64,000 nt of DNA from NCBI RefSeq assembly GCF_006345805.1, contig NC_043012.1, positions 53,754,001 to 53,818,000 of the forward strand. Reading direction: 5' to 3'. The position numbers and the translations under genes were made by a program. Positions 35,588 through 48,745 of this stretch are shown in pieces. The stretch is from Octopus sinensis (Eukaryota). Position 1 is the stretch's first letter. Each line of letters begins with the position of its first letter. The notes under the pieces are model-generated. The model saw only the letters and a list, made by a program, of their open reading frames with translations, was not told the DNA's origin and did not search any database.

Positions 35588-36464
35588 CCATCATACATAT
35601 ATATGTATATATAAAGTGTGTGCACATATATAAATATATTGTAGTATATGTCTAAGTTTGAGTGCGTGTACATGTGCGTAAATGTGTGCGAATATGTGCG
35701 TGTATATGTCTGTGTAAACATCTATCTCTCTTCTCATCTCTATATGTGTGTATGCCATCTTTGTATTGGTCTCTCTATTTACTTGTATGTGTTTGCCTCT
35801 GCCTCAGTTTCATTAACGGCTGTTTTACGTGGGTGTGGCAGAAGTTTTTCTTCGGAATACCTTCCTGTTTTCGTTCAATTCTTTATCGCTCTCTGCCAAA
35901 GCCGGATAGTCTTAATCTGCCAACGGTATTATAAATGCATATTTGACCCAATTTCATTCCGGAAACCCGAACCCTATATTCTTTCTGGAATTGGTCTCAT
36001 TCTTCTATTTTAAGTGTCACATTTCACATATTATAACCAATTTAACTCAATTTCTTCTAAGATTCATGCATTTTCGGTTATCTTTTAGTTTATTTTATGT
36101 ATTATGTTTGTTTTTAGTTTTGATACGTAGACTGTATAACAACTTTTACTCATAGACAGGAAGTAGAGAGAATCATTTTCAAAAGCTTATATTTTTAAGG
36201 TGCTCCTAATTTCGACATATAAGGATGTTTTAGAAATCACCATAGACGTTCTTTTAATCTTCATAGTTACTGACATGATAATTTACAATATTTCACGGTT
36301 TTCCACTCTACCTTTGCATTTCTCTCCCCGTCCGTCCCATTCTCTCTCTCTCTCTCTCCTTGTTGTGCTCGCTCTCTCTTTCTCTCTCTAAATATATGCG
36401 CGTGTGTGCGTATGTGCGTGTCTGTGTCTGTGTGTGTTTGCATGTATGTATATGTATATATACA

Positions 36465-36509
<45 letters not shown>

Positions 36510-37188
36510 ATTTGGATATATACGTATTTACATATGTTTAAATATACAAATATACAAATATATACAAATTTATTTATTTATAATATACATACAGAGAGAG
36601 AGAGAGAGGGTGGGAGAGATAAAACAGAAAGATAGAACGTAATTGGTAAGTGGTTAGATGTACTGCGTAGAAAAGTGTACGGCTGGTAAGTGAATGAGAA
36701 ATCTATGAGAAATACATTCGAAAATATTGATGCCTCATTGTAGAGAGACATTTTCCTTGCAGAAGACGAAAAACAGGGTCGATGAAAACCTAACGAAAGT
36801 AATCTAAATATCTCTCTACGTTGAAGTTCTACTACACTCATCATGTGTGAGTGAGCGTGTGTGTAAGAGAGAGAGAGAGAGACAGACAGATAGACAGAGA
36901 AAGAAAAAGATAGATTGTGTTTAGACCTATGTTTAAAACTCTGTGTGTGTGTGTGTGGTGTGTGTGTGCGTGTACTTACATATAGTGAAGAAGTTCGTAT
37001 AGCAACTATGGTATCCGAGTTACGAATCCTGCGTGTATCACTTTGCGAAAGTTTTTCTTCATAGCCTTGCGCTAGCCCAAAATTTGTTCAGTTCAGAAAA
37101 GCTTTGTTCAAAGAACGAGCCGACCTTTTTATGATTATTTTACTGGCACCAGAGACTTATCCCTGGAATACCCGGCAAATGAAAATTA

Positions 37189-37617
37189 GGATCTTTTCGG
37201 TTTGAACGGTAGTATTTTTAAATAATGTCCGCGTAACTAAACACTTTTAAACTTCGTATACTGGTAGAATGTGTTTATAAAACATTTTTTTCTCTTGGCT
37301 TTATTGAGAAAGTTCTATAGTTTGTAAGATATTTGTTGTTGTTTTTTTCTTCAATTTCTGCAATTTCAACCAGTCAATGACGTCTATTGAGGTGAAAACA
37401 TTCTGTGACGTATGAATATGTCCCTCGTTAAAGAAACAGATTGGGTTTATTTATATTTCTGAAGAAAAAAAGATACCCTCCCCCACCCCTAACCCTAACT
37501 CTAACCCTAACCCTAAAATAGATTGAAATGCAATAGATCGATACTAGGGTCATAATTATGGGTGACAATTTCATATGACACCGCTAGAAAAAACTGCCGT
37601 TCAAACCGAAAAGATCC
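37189..37617. mobile_element. Merlin-like MITE, copy 3, complete (429 bp)
   Basis: GGATCTTTTCGGTTTGAACGG...CCGTTCAAACCGAAAAGATCC with perfect 8-bp TSD GAAAATTA (37181-37188 and 37618-37625). GG/CC termini plus an 8-bp TSD are Merlin/IS1016 hallmarks. Confidence 0.88.
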
Positions 37618-37648
37618 GAAAATTATTCAATGCGAGTTGCGCTTGTAC

Positions 37649-37682
<34 letters not shown>

Positions 37683-37744
37683 GGGGGAGAGATAAACAAA
37701 CAAACATACATACAAATACCATTACCCCTTTGCCTCTTACAGTT

Positions 37745-38090
37745 ATTAAACTGCGGCCATGCTGGGGTACTGCCTTGAAGGGTTTTACTCGAACGAATAA
37801 ACCCAAGTACTTTTTTTTTAACCTAACACTAATTCTATCAGCCTTTGATCGAACCGCTAAGTTACGGGGATATACACATAACAACACCGGTTGTCAAGCG
37901 GTGTGAGGGGACAAACACACACACACATACGCACACACATATATATATGTGGCTTCTTTTAGTTTGCGTCTAAAGGCTTTAGTAGGTCCGAAGCTATAAT
38001 AGAAGTCAATTGCCCAAGGTGACACTCAGTAGGATTGAACCCAGAATCATGAGATTGAGAAGCAAACTTCTTACCACATAACTATGCCAA
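37745..38090 (-). mobile_element. SINE family A, old
   Basis: Reverse-complement GCGGCCATGCTGG...GAACCGCTAAGTTACGGG...CTTACCACA. Confidence 0.8.
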
Positions 38091-38904
38091 TACATATATA
38101 TATATATATATAGTGATCACACATATACACAGGCGCGTGTGCAGAAATACACACACATATGCACACATGCATACAGGTCTTGTCACACATCGCGTCACGT
38201 TTAAGTCTACTCCGAATAATACGTTAAGAGTACAAGTGGTTGCAGAATACTCTTTATCTTGCTTTTCTATCTATTTTCTTCGTCCTCATTTCTCACCCCC
38301 TTCTTCCTCCGTCTCTTTTGTCTGTTTACATTACTCTCTTTCTTCTCTACCCTCCCATCTCCTATTTCCTAATCTAACTCTTGCACTTTTCTTTATGTAC
38401 ACATCTCTTATTTTTATTTCTTTCCTTCTGCATTTCCAACAATCTGTTCAAGTTCCATTTCTCTTAAATCCTATTTTATTCCAATACTCCTTTCTCCTAA
38501 ACCGTCCTCCGCACATTTATCGCCCTCACCCTACCCCCACAGTATTTCACTATTACATCAATATTTTTCCTACTAGGACAGTCACACGGCTAACTTTAAA
38601 GTAATTATGTCTGAATGAAGCCGCAATTAAATATACATATAACATTTAAGTACATAGATGCACGTATAATCTCGCAGCTGGCACGCTGAGACTGTCCCTT
38701 CATTGGTAAGTGAATGGAGATCAGAATGTTTGCGATCTTCTCTGACAGCTTGATCTCTTCGCCCAGTGAATGTCCAGGTTGATTTGCCACGTATCATAGG
38801 AGACGGAGATTCTTCCTGTCGTTTGTATAATCTCGTTAAGAAACCAGTAACATTCCAACCATCCTTTTGCTTAACTATCTGTCTTCTTTGTTCTTGATTC
38901 TTTC

Positions 38905-39262
38905 ACTGGACTACGGCAAGGCTGGGGCATCGCTTTGAAGAGTTTTAGTCGAACGAATTGAGCCCAGCGTTTATCAATTTTAAAGCCAGTTACTTTATTA
39001 TATCGGGCGCTTTTGCCCTATTGCTAAGTCATGAAGCCTTAAAGAAACCAAAACAGGTTGTCAAGCAGTGGCGGTGTACAAACGCGCGCAGACGCATACG
39101 CACACATGTATGTCCGAAAGGCTTCTTTCAGTTTCCGTCTACCAAATTCACTCACAAGTTTTCTGTCGGCCTGAAGCTATAGTGTAGACATTTTCCCAAT
39201 GTATCACGCAGTGGGACTGAATCCTACTAGCTCAAAATTCTTTCTTCATTCTCAGCTTTGAT
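38905..39262 (-). mobile_element. Old SINE family A copy, paralogous with flank to 45513-45762
   Basis: Shares diagnostic ATGTATGTCCGAAAGG and the flank CTAGCTCAAAATTC.TTCTTCATTCTCAGCTTT. Confidence 0.75.
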
Positions 39263-41099
39263 CTTTTCTCACATACAGGAATCTAGCGAAATCGTTAGAG
39301 AGTCGAACAAAATGTCTAGCTGTCTCTTTGAGTTAAAATCCCGTTGACGTCAACTTTGCCTTACATCTTTCCAGTTTTGTTAAATGATATACAAGTCTAA
39401 GGCAGTCGTTTGACAAAATAGTTAGAACATCAGACGTGATGCTACGTGATATTTGTTCAAATACCGCCTTGGCCAGTTAAATAAACCCGAACCAGTCAGT
39501 TCTTGCGACACCTCTGCCTAATCCTTAATGCATTTAGTGGATCCCGCACCATTGCTATTATTCGAGTCAAGCTTCCAGTTGTAAGAGATCTCCCTCCTCC
39601 TTACCTATGAAATATCGTGAACATTGCTATTTCCCACTGACTAAATGATATTCCCGATGAAGCATTATCTGTTTCCCTCATCAGATTACAAACCCCTGCT
39701 TTTCTATGAACCAAGCTATGGACCAAAGACTTAGCACTTCCTACTGCCTCATTAATAACGTAGATATAATTTCAATAATAAAATTTATCACATTAAATAA
39801 AAGATATAACAGTAAAAACGTTTTATTATAATTAAATTAATGGCCAGGTAGTGAAGCTGCTGAACTAACGATCATAATGTCTTGGGTTCGAGTGCCGGAC
39901 CTGACGGTATATTGTTTTCTTTGAGTAAAGCACTTTATTTCACGTTACTTCAATCCACTCGACTGAAAATGTGTTTCATCTACTGCAGCAGTATCTTGTA
40001 GATTATTATCTCAAAATCTTGCAGCTGTGAAGATGTCAACGGCACTTGAAAGCAACGACACACCAGTGTATGTGTGAAAAATAAATATACCTTTCTCTCG
40101 TTATGTACCTTTACTTTGTAAGCTGAAATCCTACAACGCCGTAGCTGACTTTGCCTGGCATCCTTCTGAGGTCGATAAAATAATTAGCCTTCAAGATCTG
40201 ACAGTCGGTCTGATCGATTTTTCCATCTCCCCTTGCACCAAAGTGAGAAACCATTAGGTGTGTTATTACAGTAGTTTGATATTTCCGAACTGCTCTTATA
40301 TCTATTATTTCTTCGCTGATCTTACAACACGGACAGCAATCTACTTTCCGTACTGTTTACATATATAGACAGAGCATCTGAATTGAAATTAATTGAATTA
40401 AACCTTTCTGTCTCATAGCTCTCTGCTAATTTTTCTCCCGTCGTCGACAAGTAATCGATAAACAAAATTTACACAACAAAGTAGAATCCACCATGAATCA
40501 TTAGCGAGAGTTTTGACTGGTCACCAACGTGAATATATTTCATTAAATGCAAAACTCATTCCTTTAGAAATGAAATTACACTCATAGCTTTGCTGCTCTG
40601 CTATTCGATTCTATTTGATGATACTCAATTCCCAAACCATAAATTGTGTTTCAATAATAGATTAGCTCCCGCAATGGTAAAAAGCCATATCCGAGATGCT
40701 TCTGTAAAAATTCACTGATGTTGTGAAATCGAGTAATGCCCAAAATTTCATACTTAGCCTAAGATCACACAGAGAATAAGATTACAAAGAGTGGGGTATT
40801 GACACTGGTTTGGTTTCATATAACATTAATTTTTACATTAGCACAAAACATAAATTTGTAGGAAAGGAGAATGTCTATTCAATCAACCCTAGAACGTAAC
40901 GGGTATTTAGTTTTATCGGAGGATGAAAGATGAAATGTAAATCTGACAGTCTTTTACACAGAATCCAGAAGCACAGCGTATGTTATGACTTCGCACCAAT
41001 GACGCCATTAGTTCAAGGCAAAGACTATGATAGAGTGGGTCTGCAAACGATGCTTAGAATCCCGATACATTTATTTTATCATAATCAATTAATAAACTG

Positions 41100-41400
41100 T
41101 GGAGGCGCAATGGCCTAGTGGTTAGGGCAGCGGACTCACGGTTTCGATTCCCTGACCGGGCGTTCTGTGTTATTATTGAGTGAAAACACATTAAGCTTCA
41201 CTAGGCTTCAGCAGGGAGTGGTGGTGACCCCTGTTGTACTCTTTACCTTCAGCTTTCTCTCACTCTTTGTTCCTGTTTCTTGAGTAACGCTGAAATGGAC
41301 TGGCGTCCCGTCCAGCTGGGGGGAATACATACGCCACAGAAACCGAGAAACCGGGCCCATGAGCCTGGCTATGCTTGAAAAGGGTAGATAAATAAATAAA
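41100..41400 (+). mobile_element. SINE family C variant
   Basis: GGAGGCGCAATGGCCTAGTGGTTAGGGCAGCGGACTC head, GAAACCGGGCCCATGAGCCTGG tail, (TAAA)n end. Confidence 0.82.
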
Positions 41401-41452
41401 TAAATAGATAGATAATAATTTAGAAATTATGTTTACTATTTATTTAATAAAG

Positions 41453-43060
41453 AAGGCAGTGAACTGGCAGAATTGTTAGCACGCCAGACAACGTATTTCG
41501 CAGCATTTTGTCCCTCTCAAACTTTTGAGCAAGAATTCCGCCATGGCCGACTTTGCATATCGTCCTTTTGGTAATGATAAAATACGTACCAGTTAAGCAC
41601 AAGGGTCAAAGTAATTGACTAGATCCGTTCCCCAAATTGCAGGGCTTGTGCCGATTATAGAAAGTATTATTTAATTAATAAAGTGGCGAGCTGGCAGAAT
41701 CGTTGCCGCACCAGACAAAATGCATAGCAGCAATTCTTCCGACTGTTTACGTTCGAGTTCAAATTCCGCCGACTTTGCTTTTCATCTTTTCCGAGTCTAT
41801 AAAATAAGTATCAGCTAAATACTGGCGTTGAGGGTATAGACAAACTCCTCCCCACTACAAAAATTTTCAGGTCTTGTACCAAGAGCAGACATGCTCATTT
41901 AATAAATAATAATCTAGTCATAGGTGGTGGATTGAAAATGGTTGGGTTCCTGCCAGTTGTAAGCAAGCTGCAATATACAACCCTCCGCCGCTTATATGAT
42001 ATATTAAATATTTATTTCTTTATTGCCCACAAGGGGCTAAACACAGAGGCGACAAACAAGGACAAAAAAAGGGATTAAGTCGCTTACATCGCCCCCAGTG
42101 CGTAACTGGTATTCAATTTATCGACCTCGAAAGGATGAAAGGCAAAGTCGACCTCGGCGGAATTTGAACTCAGAACGTAATGGCAGACGAAATACCTATT
42201 TCTTTACAACCCACAAGGGGCTAAACACAGAGGAGATAAACAAGGACAGATTAATGGATTAAGTCGATTATATCGACTCCAGTGCGTAACTGGTACTTAA
42301 ATTATCGACCCCGAAAGGATGAAAGGCAAAGCGGACCTCGGCGGAATATGAACTCAGAACGTAGCGGCAGACGAAATACGGCTAACGTTTCTGCGTGCTA
42401 ACGTTTCTGCCAGCTCGCCGACTTCAGGTTTTATTAAATATTGATTGTAACATAGGCAAAACAATGCACTTCTGGGTTAGGAACCCGTCAACCCAGAATT
42501 TGAGTGCCTCTTTAAATGGCAACCCTTAGAATCACAGAAGACTGAAACATAAAGTTAACTTCCGTGGCCTGTTTTTCCCTATGCTGTTTTATTTAATATT
42601 GGTTTCAAATTTTCAGCACGAGGTTGCCATTTCGAGGGTGGGGGGAATATAAATCGATTACTTCGATCCCAGTGCTCAACCGGTACTTATTTTATCGGCC
42701 TCGAAAAGAATGAAAGGCGAAGTCGACCTCGGCGGAATTTGAACGCGGAACATACAGGCAGACGAACTGCTGTTAAGCATTTTTCCTGGCAAAGCTAATG
42801 ACTCTTCCAGCTGGCTGCCTTTGTTTTATTTAATATTAGCATGTTAAATAAGGCTCCGTGTTGGGAGAATCATTAGCACACTGGCTAAAATGCTCAACAG
42901 CATTTCGCCCGTCTTTACATTCAGAGTTCAAGTCCTGCCGAGGTCGACTTTGCCTTTCATCTCTTCGGGGTCGATAAAATAAGCACCAGTTGAATACTAG
43001 GGTCAATATAATTGACTAATCCCTCCCCCAAAATTGTTGGCCTTGTGCCAAAATGTGAAA
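41453..43060. mobile_element. Cluster of five family B SINEs, including a B2 dimer at 42013-42424 (minus)
   Basis: Repeated heads GGCGAGCTGGCAGAATCG and central GTCGACTTTGCCTTTCATC in both orientations. Confidence 0.85.
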
Positions 43061-43107
43061 TCAATGTTTAGTATGTTAAATAAAACTGTATGATACATAT
43101 TTAAATA

Positions 43108-43418
43108 TTGCTGTTTGTTCCTTCTCGAGCCACGCCTGGCGCATAGGGCCGGTTTTCCGGTTTCCTTGCCATATAGGTTCCCCAACTGGACAGGAGGACC
43201 ATCCGTCGCAGGTGAGCTGCCAGATGCAGGAGGAAAGAGTGAGAGAAAGTTGTGGCGAAAGAGTCAGCAGAAGATCGTCATTACCTTCTGCCGGAGCCGC
43301 GTGGAGCTTAAGTGTTTCACTCATAAACACACACATCGCCCGGTCTCAGATTCAAACCCACGATCCCTCGACCACGACTGCGAGTCCGCTGCTCTAACCA
43401 CTAAGCCATGTGCCTCCA
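43108..43418 (-). mobile_element. SINE family C, full length
   Basis: TSD CATA(T/G)TTAAATA at 43096-43107 and 43419-43430. Confidence 0.92.
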
Positions 43419-45269
43419 CATAGTTAAATATGGTGGGATTAAAACTTGTGACTAATTGCATTGTATCATTGTAGGACCTTATCAACGAAAATATTATCGA
43501 CAGTAAAGTAAGAACACGCCAAGGAGAGCGCTGTCTTCTTCCTCGACCTAGTAAAGAGGTAAAACCGTTTGAACTGATTACTTCAAGTTTAAGAATCATT
43601 CATCATTTTTTAAATACTTTCGATGCATACAACGGTGATGTTTTATTACCAACTGACATTTACAGCTAAAAGGACCGGCGGCGTAGAGTGTGTTTTGGTC
43701 TGCCTTGTGCCGTAATCAGATTCGCCAACCACTCGTTTCCTTAATTATAACATACGTTCAAACAGACTTCAACAAGCAAGAGTATATAAAGTGACCACAA
43801 TGTGCGGTTCTCTCTCTACGCAACCAACCCCGTGCACACACACGTACGTACTCACATGCGCGCTCACATCCAACGTTACGCCATTGAAATGAACCTAGGC
43901 ACTAAATCTATACTGTTTAGCTTATAAACAAAGTGCAACTCCAATAACAAAATACTAAATCATAGAACCTTTCGTTTCTTATCCAACATCTGATCAACTC
44001 GGTTATTTGCGACACTGTTTAAATTTAATATTTTAGATAATAGCGTTACGCTACTCCCGTCGTTATTGTTTTCACTGCCTCAAGTATTAATCATATGAGT
44101 CTCTCTTTTACTCCTATAAGTGGAAAGTAAAGCCGCACCCATGATGTGAAACATGTGAACGTAACGATGAGGAGTAGGAAGATAATAGTTGAAATATCAA
44201 AATACGTAGCAGGGTTTAAGAAAAGGGTTTAAGTGAATACGTTTGTAACTAATACCACATGATGGAAAACGAATAGTTAATAATAGAGAGGATATATATA
44301 TATATATATATCAAAAAATACAACGCCAAGCTAAAATTACTGTTGCTTTTAACCATTCATTCCAAGTCTAATTTTGGCGTAATGAGGATAATATTACTAG
44401 AGACCAGGATTACAATATGAAAGTTCTGTTGCAACCCTGACTCTTATGGAAATGTAAGTTAAGCACTGCAAACTAACATAGCATTTGTTAATTATATATT
44501 AATGCTGCAGAGAACTTTGTAATTGCAAGAGATTCGTTCCTAAAGATTTGTTTCGCCAAACCGGATTCGTATCTCGGTTCTATTCGGTTTTCATCTAATA
44601 GAACATTAGATTCGTTTGTTTTGCTTTAGTAGAACAACACTTATTCTTATTTCATAAACTTCACTAGTCGTGGTTAAATTTCAAATAGCTAAGTTTAGTT
44701 CTATATATTGTAGAATTAGTCTGTGGAAGTGAAAAGTGAAAGAATTTATCACGTTTTTAAATCGATTTATTCCTCAGAATATTCGTTTTCAACATGCCCA
44801 CCATCATCACACAGAAAGCGTAAAGCGTGAAGCAGTTTTGATGTTCTCGAAATACGTTTTACAGCAGACGTTCAAATATATTCTGAATTCTGTCAGTTAC
44901 CCTAACACATAAGTTGTATATCGAACGAAGTTTAGCTGATTAATTAATAGTCTTTACATATCCTCTTAAAATAAAGTTGAAGTAATTACTTTCTTTAATA
45001 AATAATAAACAGGTGCAATACATTTCAGCGGTTTTGATACAATAAATGCATAAAGATACAAAATATTCTTCGCAAGTTTCTTCTATCATATGAGTTATCT
45101 TGGTCCCTCGTCATTGAAATGGAATCACAGGGGCAAAGTCGAAACATACAGTAATTTTTTATCAGATTTGAATACAACCAATTTATTTCAGAAAGACAGA
45201 CAGACAGAAGAATCGACCTTGAATAAGACTATTTTAATTATCAACCCCAAGTGGATGGTAGGCATCCCA

Positions 45270-45512
45270 GTGGTGTCTGGACCCAGAAAGTCGGAAAGAT
45301 CACCACAAGGCAATCTGTCCGATACTCTAAGAGCGGCAGTGTCATTGCTCTACAGGCCCGGGTGACGGTACTTACGTGCCTGTGTAAATGCTCTCAGAAA
45401 CTTATCCACGGGCGCCGGCACGAAAATCCTTCGGAATACACTAGACAATTGATTTTCATCATCGCTCAAGTTCTTCCCCGAGAACATCGTCGACCTTGCT
45501 CTCCACTAACTA
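45270..45512 (-). mobile_element. Tx1/L1-clade LINE fragment, highly diverged
   Basis: GTTCTTCCCCGAGAACATCGTCGACCTTGCTCTCCACTAAC matches 50685-50722. Confidence 0.65.
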
Positions 45513-45762
45513 AACCGGTTGTCAAGTAGTGGTGGTGTACAAACACGCGCACAAGCATACGCACATATGTATGTCCGAAAGGTTTCTTTCAGTTTCCGTC
45601 TCCCAAATTTACTCACAGGATTTCGGTCGGCCTGAGGCTATAGTTTAGACATTTTCCCAATGTGTCACGCAGTGGGACTGAACCCAGAAACACGTGGTTG
45701 AGTAGCAAATTTATTACCTCAAAGCTTACTAGCTCAAAATTCCTTCTTCATTCTCAGCTTTC
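45513..45762 (-). mobile_element. Old SINE family A 5' half plus shared flank (paralogue of about 39040-39262)
   Basis: See 38905-39262. Confidence 0.75.
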
Positions 45763-47417
45763 ATCTTTTAAATAATGATAAAACGCCAAAATAGAAATTT
45801 ACCCGACGACATTGTTCGACTGGCAGTGGACTGTAAGTGCTGAATGAGATGCTAGGTGTAGTAGGTATTCTACCTCAATCTATGATTTATTCAAGGCTGC
45901 AGCGCTATCAATGAGACGAGCTGAGGAAAACTACATCTGACAAATGGTGACCACATTTCACCGCTAACGAATTGCCGGAAATATTTCAGCCTCAGCGAAT
46001 GTCTGCGCACCCTCAGCCATGGTATACTCACGCCCTCTTTACAGCCGAAGTTAAAAACAAATTACGCTTCTGAGCAGTGGAACGCATCCTTTCTACAGAA
46101 AGCTGAAGAGCAGGCGCTTTTGTTAGGTAAGACGTGAAGGGCACGAAGCTCAAGCAATAATATTTGATGGAAGTGATGCAAACGTTCGCAACTTTGCCTA
46201 ACACTTCAGGGATACTTTCTTTCGGCCTATTTTTTGATGACAGTAGCTACTCCGCTTGTTACCTCATCCTAGGTCTTTTCCACTTGGATATATAACCCGC
46301 ACCAGTCACTGGGCAATTTAACCCGTCTTTCCAGCGTCCCATGTCGTTATTGGACGGCGTAGACTTATCCTAGCTGCAGGCTCACTTACTTTTCTTGTTT
46401 GTTTGTCACAGCTTCCTAATTACTTAAAGCATTACCGCTCATCTCGATGTACCTGAAACCTGACTCTATGACGATGAAGTCGTCCGCGTATGATGACGCT
46501 GATCTTCCTCATCCTAGTTCTCGTAAGATGCCCCTCAAAGTCTCTACAATTTGGTAGTTTACATCTTTGAAGTAGTGGCTCAAATGTCATTACATACCAA
46601 AGAGACAACAGAGGTCTTGACAGACCGAGCGCATGAGGCTGTGTGGTTGTATATTGTTGTGATCTAAATGCAGAAGATGTGATTGAAGCTGTCTGGCGTA
46701 AAAACAACTGCTAAGCATTAGGTTAATCTAAGATGACCAGAGTTCTGCCCCCATTCCACGTTCCTTGCCAACTTTCTCTATGATGTATCGTATGAGGTGG
46801 ACGTTGTCGTGAATAAAACTGGGATGGTGGCGCATGTTAGCGTACCTCCGTCACAAGATCGACGAAAGCAGTGCGCAAAGCAATGAAACAAATATCAAAT
46901 GGAACCCCTTTTGATGTTCTAACGATTCTGTTACTCAACCACAATAGACAGGTTTGACCTCTTGGCTAACACCATGACCAACATTACGAAATCTGCGCTT
47001 AGAAGAGCTACGATCCGGAAATTATCATTTGATCCCCTGGTTTGGGTCTTTTCTCAGTATCGCCCCCGCTCCTCGACTCACAGAACAGATATTACTCCCA
47101 GTTTGCTGCCAGTTGCAGTAGATATCAGCCAAAACTTTCCCTACAAATCTAACACATAAAACTAATGCTAGTAGGGCATTCATCTCTAAGGTATGTTTGT
47201 TTTCGACGAACGTAGCTACTAGATTGTATCATTAATGTATCATTTATGCCATACACTTTATCTCGGTACCTTCTGCTTGGAACAGTTACTGTATAGCTCT
47301 GTAGCCTTTGGGTGTCATTAGGACTTATAAATCCATTTTGATACCCCTTGACCACATGTTACCTATTCTTAACCTGCTTTGTCTACTAATCCATATTGCG
47401 ATAGGTATATTAGTAGT

Positions 47418-47801
47418 GACAAGAAAAATGCTTTCTAATTGATGTATCAATACCAGCAGATGACAACGTGTCTCTAAAAGAAATGGAGAAACTTTCAAAA
47501 TACAAAGACCTGGAAATAGAGGTAACTCGAATGTGGAATCTGAAAACAGAAACAATTCCTATCATAGTGGACTCATTAGGTATGATAAATAAATATTCAG
47601 ACAAATACATAACAAAAACATCAGCGCTTACAAATATATATAACATACAGAAAATTGCACTACTGGGTACTGCACACATCCTACGCAGAACACCTTCAAT
47701 ACAGTAACCATCAGAGCATCACAACAAATCACAGAACATAGCCAAGGCACACAGAGCTGCGCTCGGTAATGAAGTGAAAGCACGCTATAAAAATAAAACT
47801 A

Positions 47802-47804
<3 letters not shown>
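47418..47804 (+). mobile_element. R4/Dong-clade LINE 3' end, subfamily a, copy 1
   Basis: EKCFLIDVSIPADDNVSLKEMEKLSKYKDLEIEVTRMW...QKIALLGTAHILRR*, then 3' UTR and (AAT)n. Confidence 0.9.
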
Positions 47805-47850
<46 letters not shown>

Positions 47851-48030
47851 TGTCTCAGTGGCAATATTGTCCGAATTCTCGTCGCCACTGATATGTCCCA
47901 TGATGACGACGTATTTGGTCGTTTCTACAGCACTGGTCCGAACGGCGTTCCTTCGCCGACCTAGTCTACTGATTGTGTCAGTCCACTGTTTATTAGTAAT
48001 CGACCATCCTGAGGGCGTCCGCCACAACAA
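47851..48030 (-). mobile_element. RTE-like LINE 3' end
   Basis: KQWTDTISRLGRRRNAVRTSAVETTKY resembles RTE C-termini; abuts the same (AAT)n tract tail-to-tail. Confidence 0.5.
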
Positions 48031-48042
48031 ATAATAATATAG

Positions 48043-48701
48043 TATGAGCCCAAACCGCAGAGAGTGGTGGAGTTGGAGATTAGCAAAATTCCCTGGGATT
48101 TACCAATCGAAACAGATCAGGTGCTAGAGCATAACAGACCAGATTTAATGGCAGTTGACAAGGTGCACCACATATGCTATATAGTTGATGTTGCAATCCC
48201 CTTTGACCCACAAATAGCCAAGAAGGGAGGCGAAAAGATAGATGAGATCGACTTTGCCTTTCATCCTTTCGAGGTCGGTAATTAAGCACTAGTTGCGCAC
48301 TGGGGTCGCTGTAATCGACTTAATCCGTTTGCCTGTCTTTGTTTGTCCCCTCTGTGTTTAGCCCCTTGTGGGTAGTAAAGAAAAAGAAAAGATAGATATA
48401 GGTACAACCCTCTTAAGTACGAAATAACCCGGCTATGGAAAATGAAGAAGGTGAAGATAGTGCCAATTATTGTTGGATCCTTGGGAACAGTATCAGAAGG
48501 CATCAAGAGGAATATAAAGGAAATTGGAATAGAGTGCATAGTAGAACTGTAACAGAATGTTTGCCTCCTTGGCCCGGCCAGAATAATGAGGAAAGTATTA
48601 GATAGCTGAAAACAGCGAATAGCATGGTACCCTAGGCTGCGGGTAGTAAGCCCGATATGCATGCAAGACGCCGGGAGCTCCAACAGACCTGTGATAAGGA
48701 A
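48043..48701 (+). mobile_element. R4/Dong-clade LINE 3' end, subfamily b, interrupted by a SINE
   Basis: KIPWDLPIETDQVLEHNRPDLMAVDKVHHICYIVDVAIPFD...EKID / YNPLKYEITRLWKMKKVKIVPIIVGSLGTV...LLGPARIMRKVL; ends in (AAT)n. Confidence 0.88.
48244..48385 (+). mobile_element. 5'-truncated SINE family B2 inside the R4 fragment
   Basis: TSD GAAAAGATAGAT at 48232-48243 and 48386-48397. Confidence 0.92.
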
Positions 48702-48709
48702 ATGATAAT

Positions 48710-48744
<35 letters not shown>

Positions 48745-48745
<1 letters not shown>

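Noticed and set aside
38610-38920. Long open frames on the minus strand (EKNQEQRRQIVKQKDGWNVTGFLTRLYK...) and a plus-strand GTAAGT donor at 38706
   Set aside because: No recognisable domain, no good minus-strand donor, and conflicting strand signals.
45840-47400. GC-richer block with patchy open frames (e.g. PKLKTNYASEQWNASFLQKAEEQALLL before a GTAAGA donor at about 46128)
   Set aside because: Looks like decayed retroelement sequence, but no motif could be assigned and stops occur in all frames.
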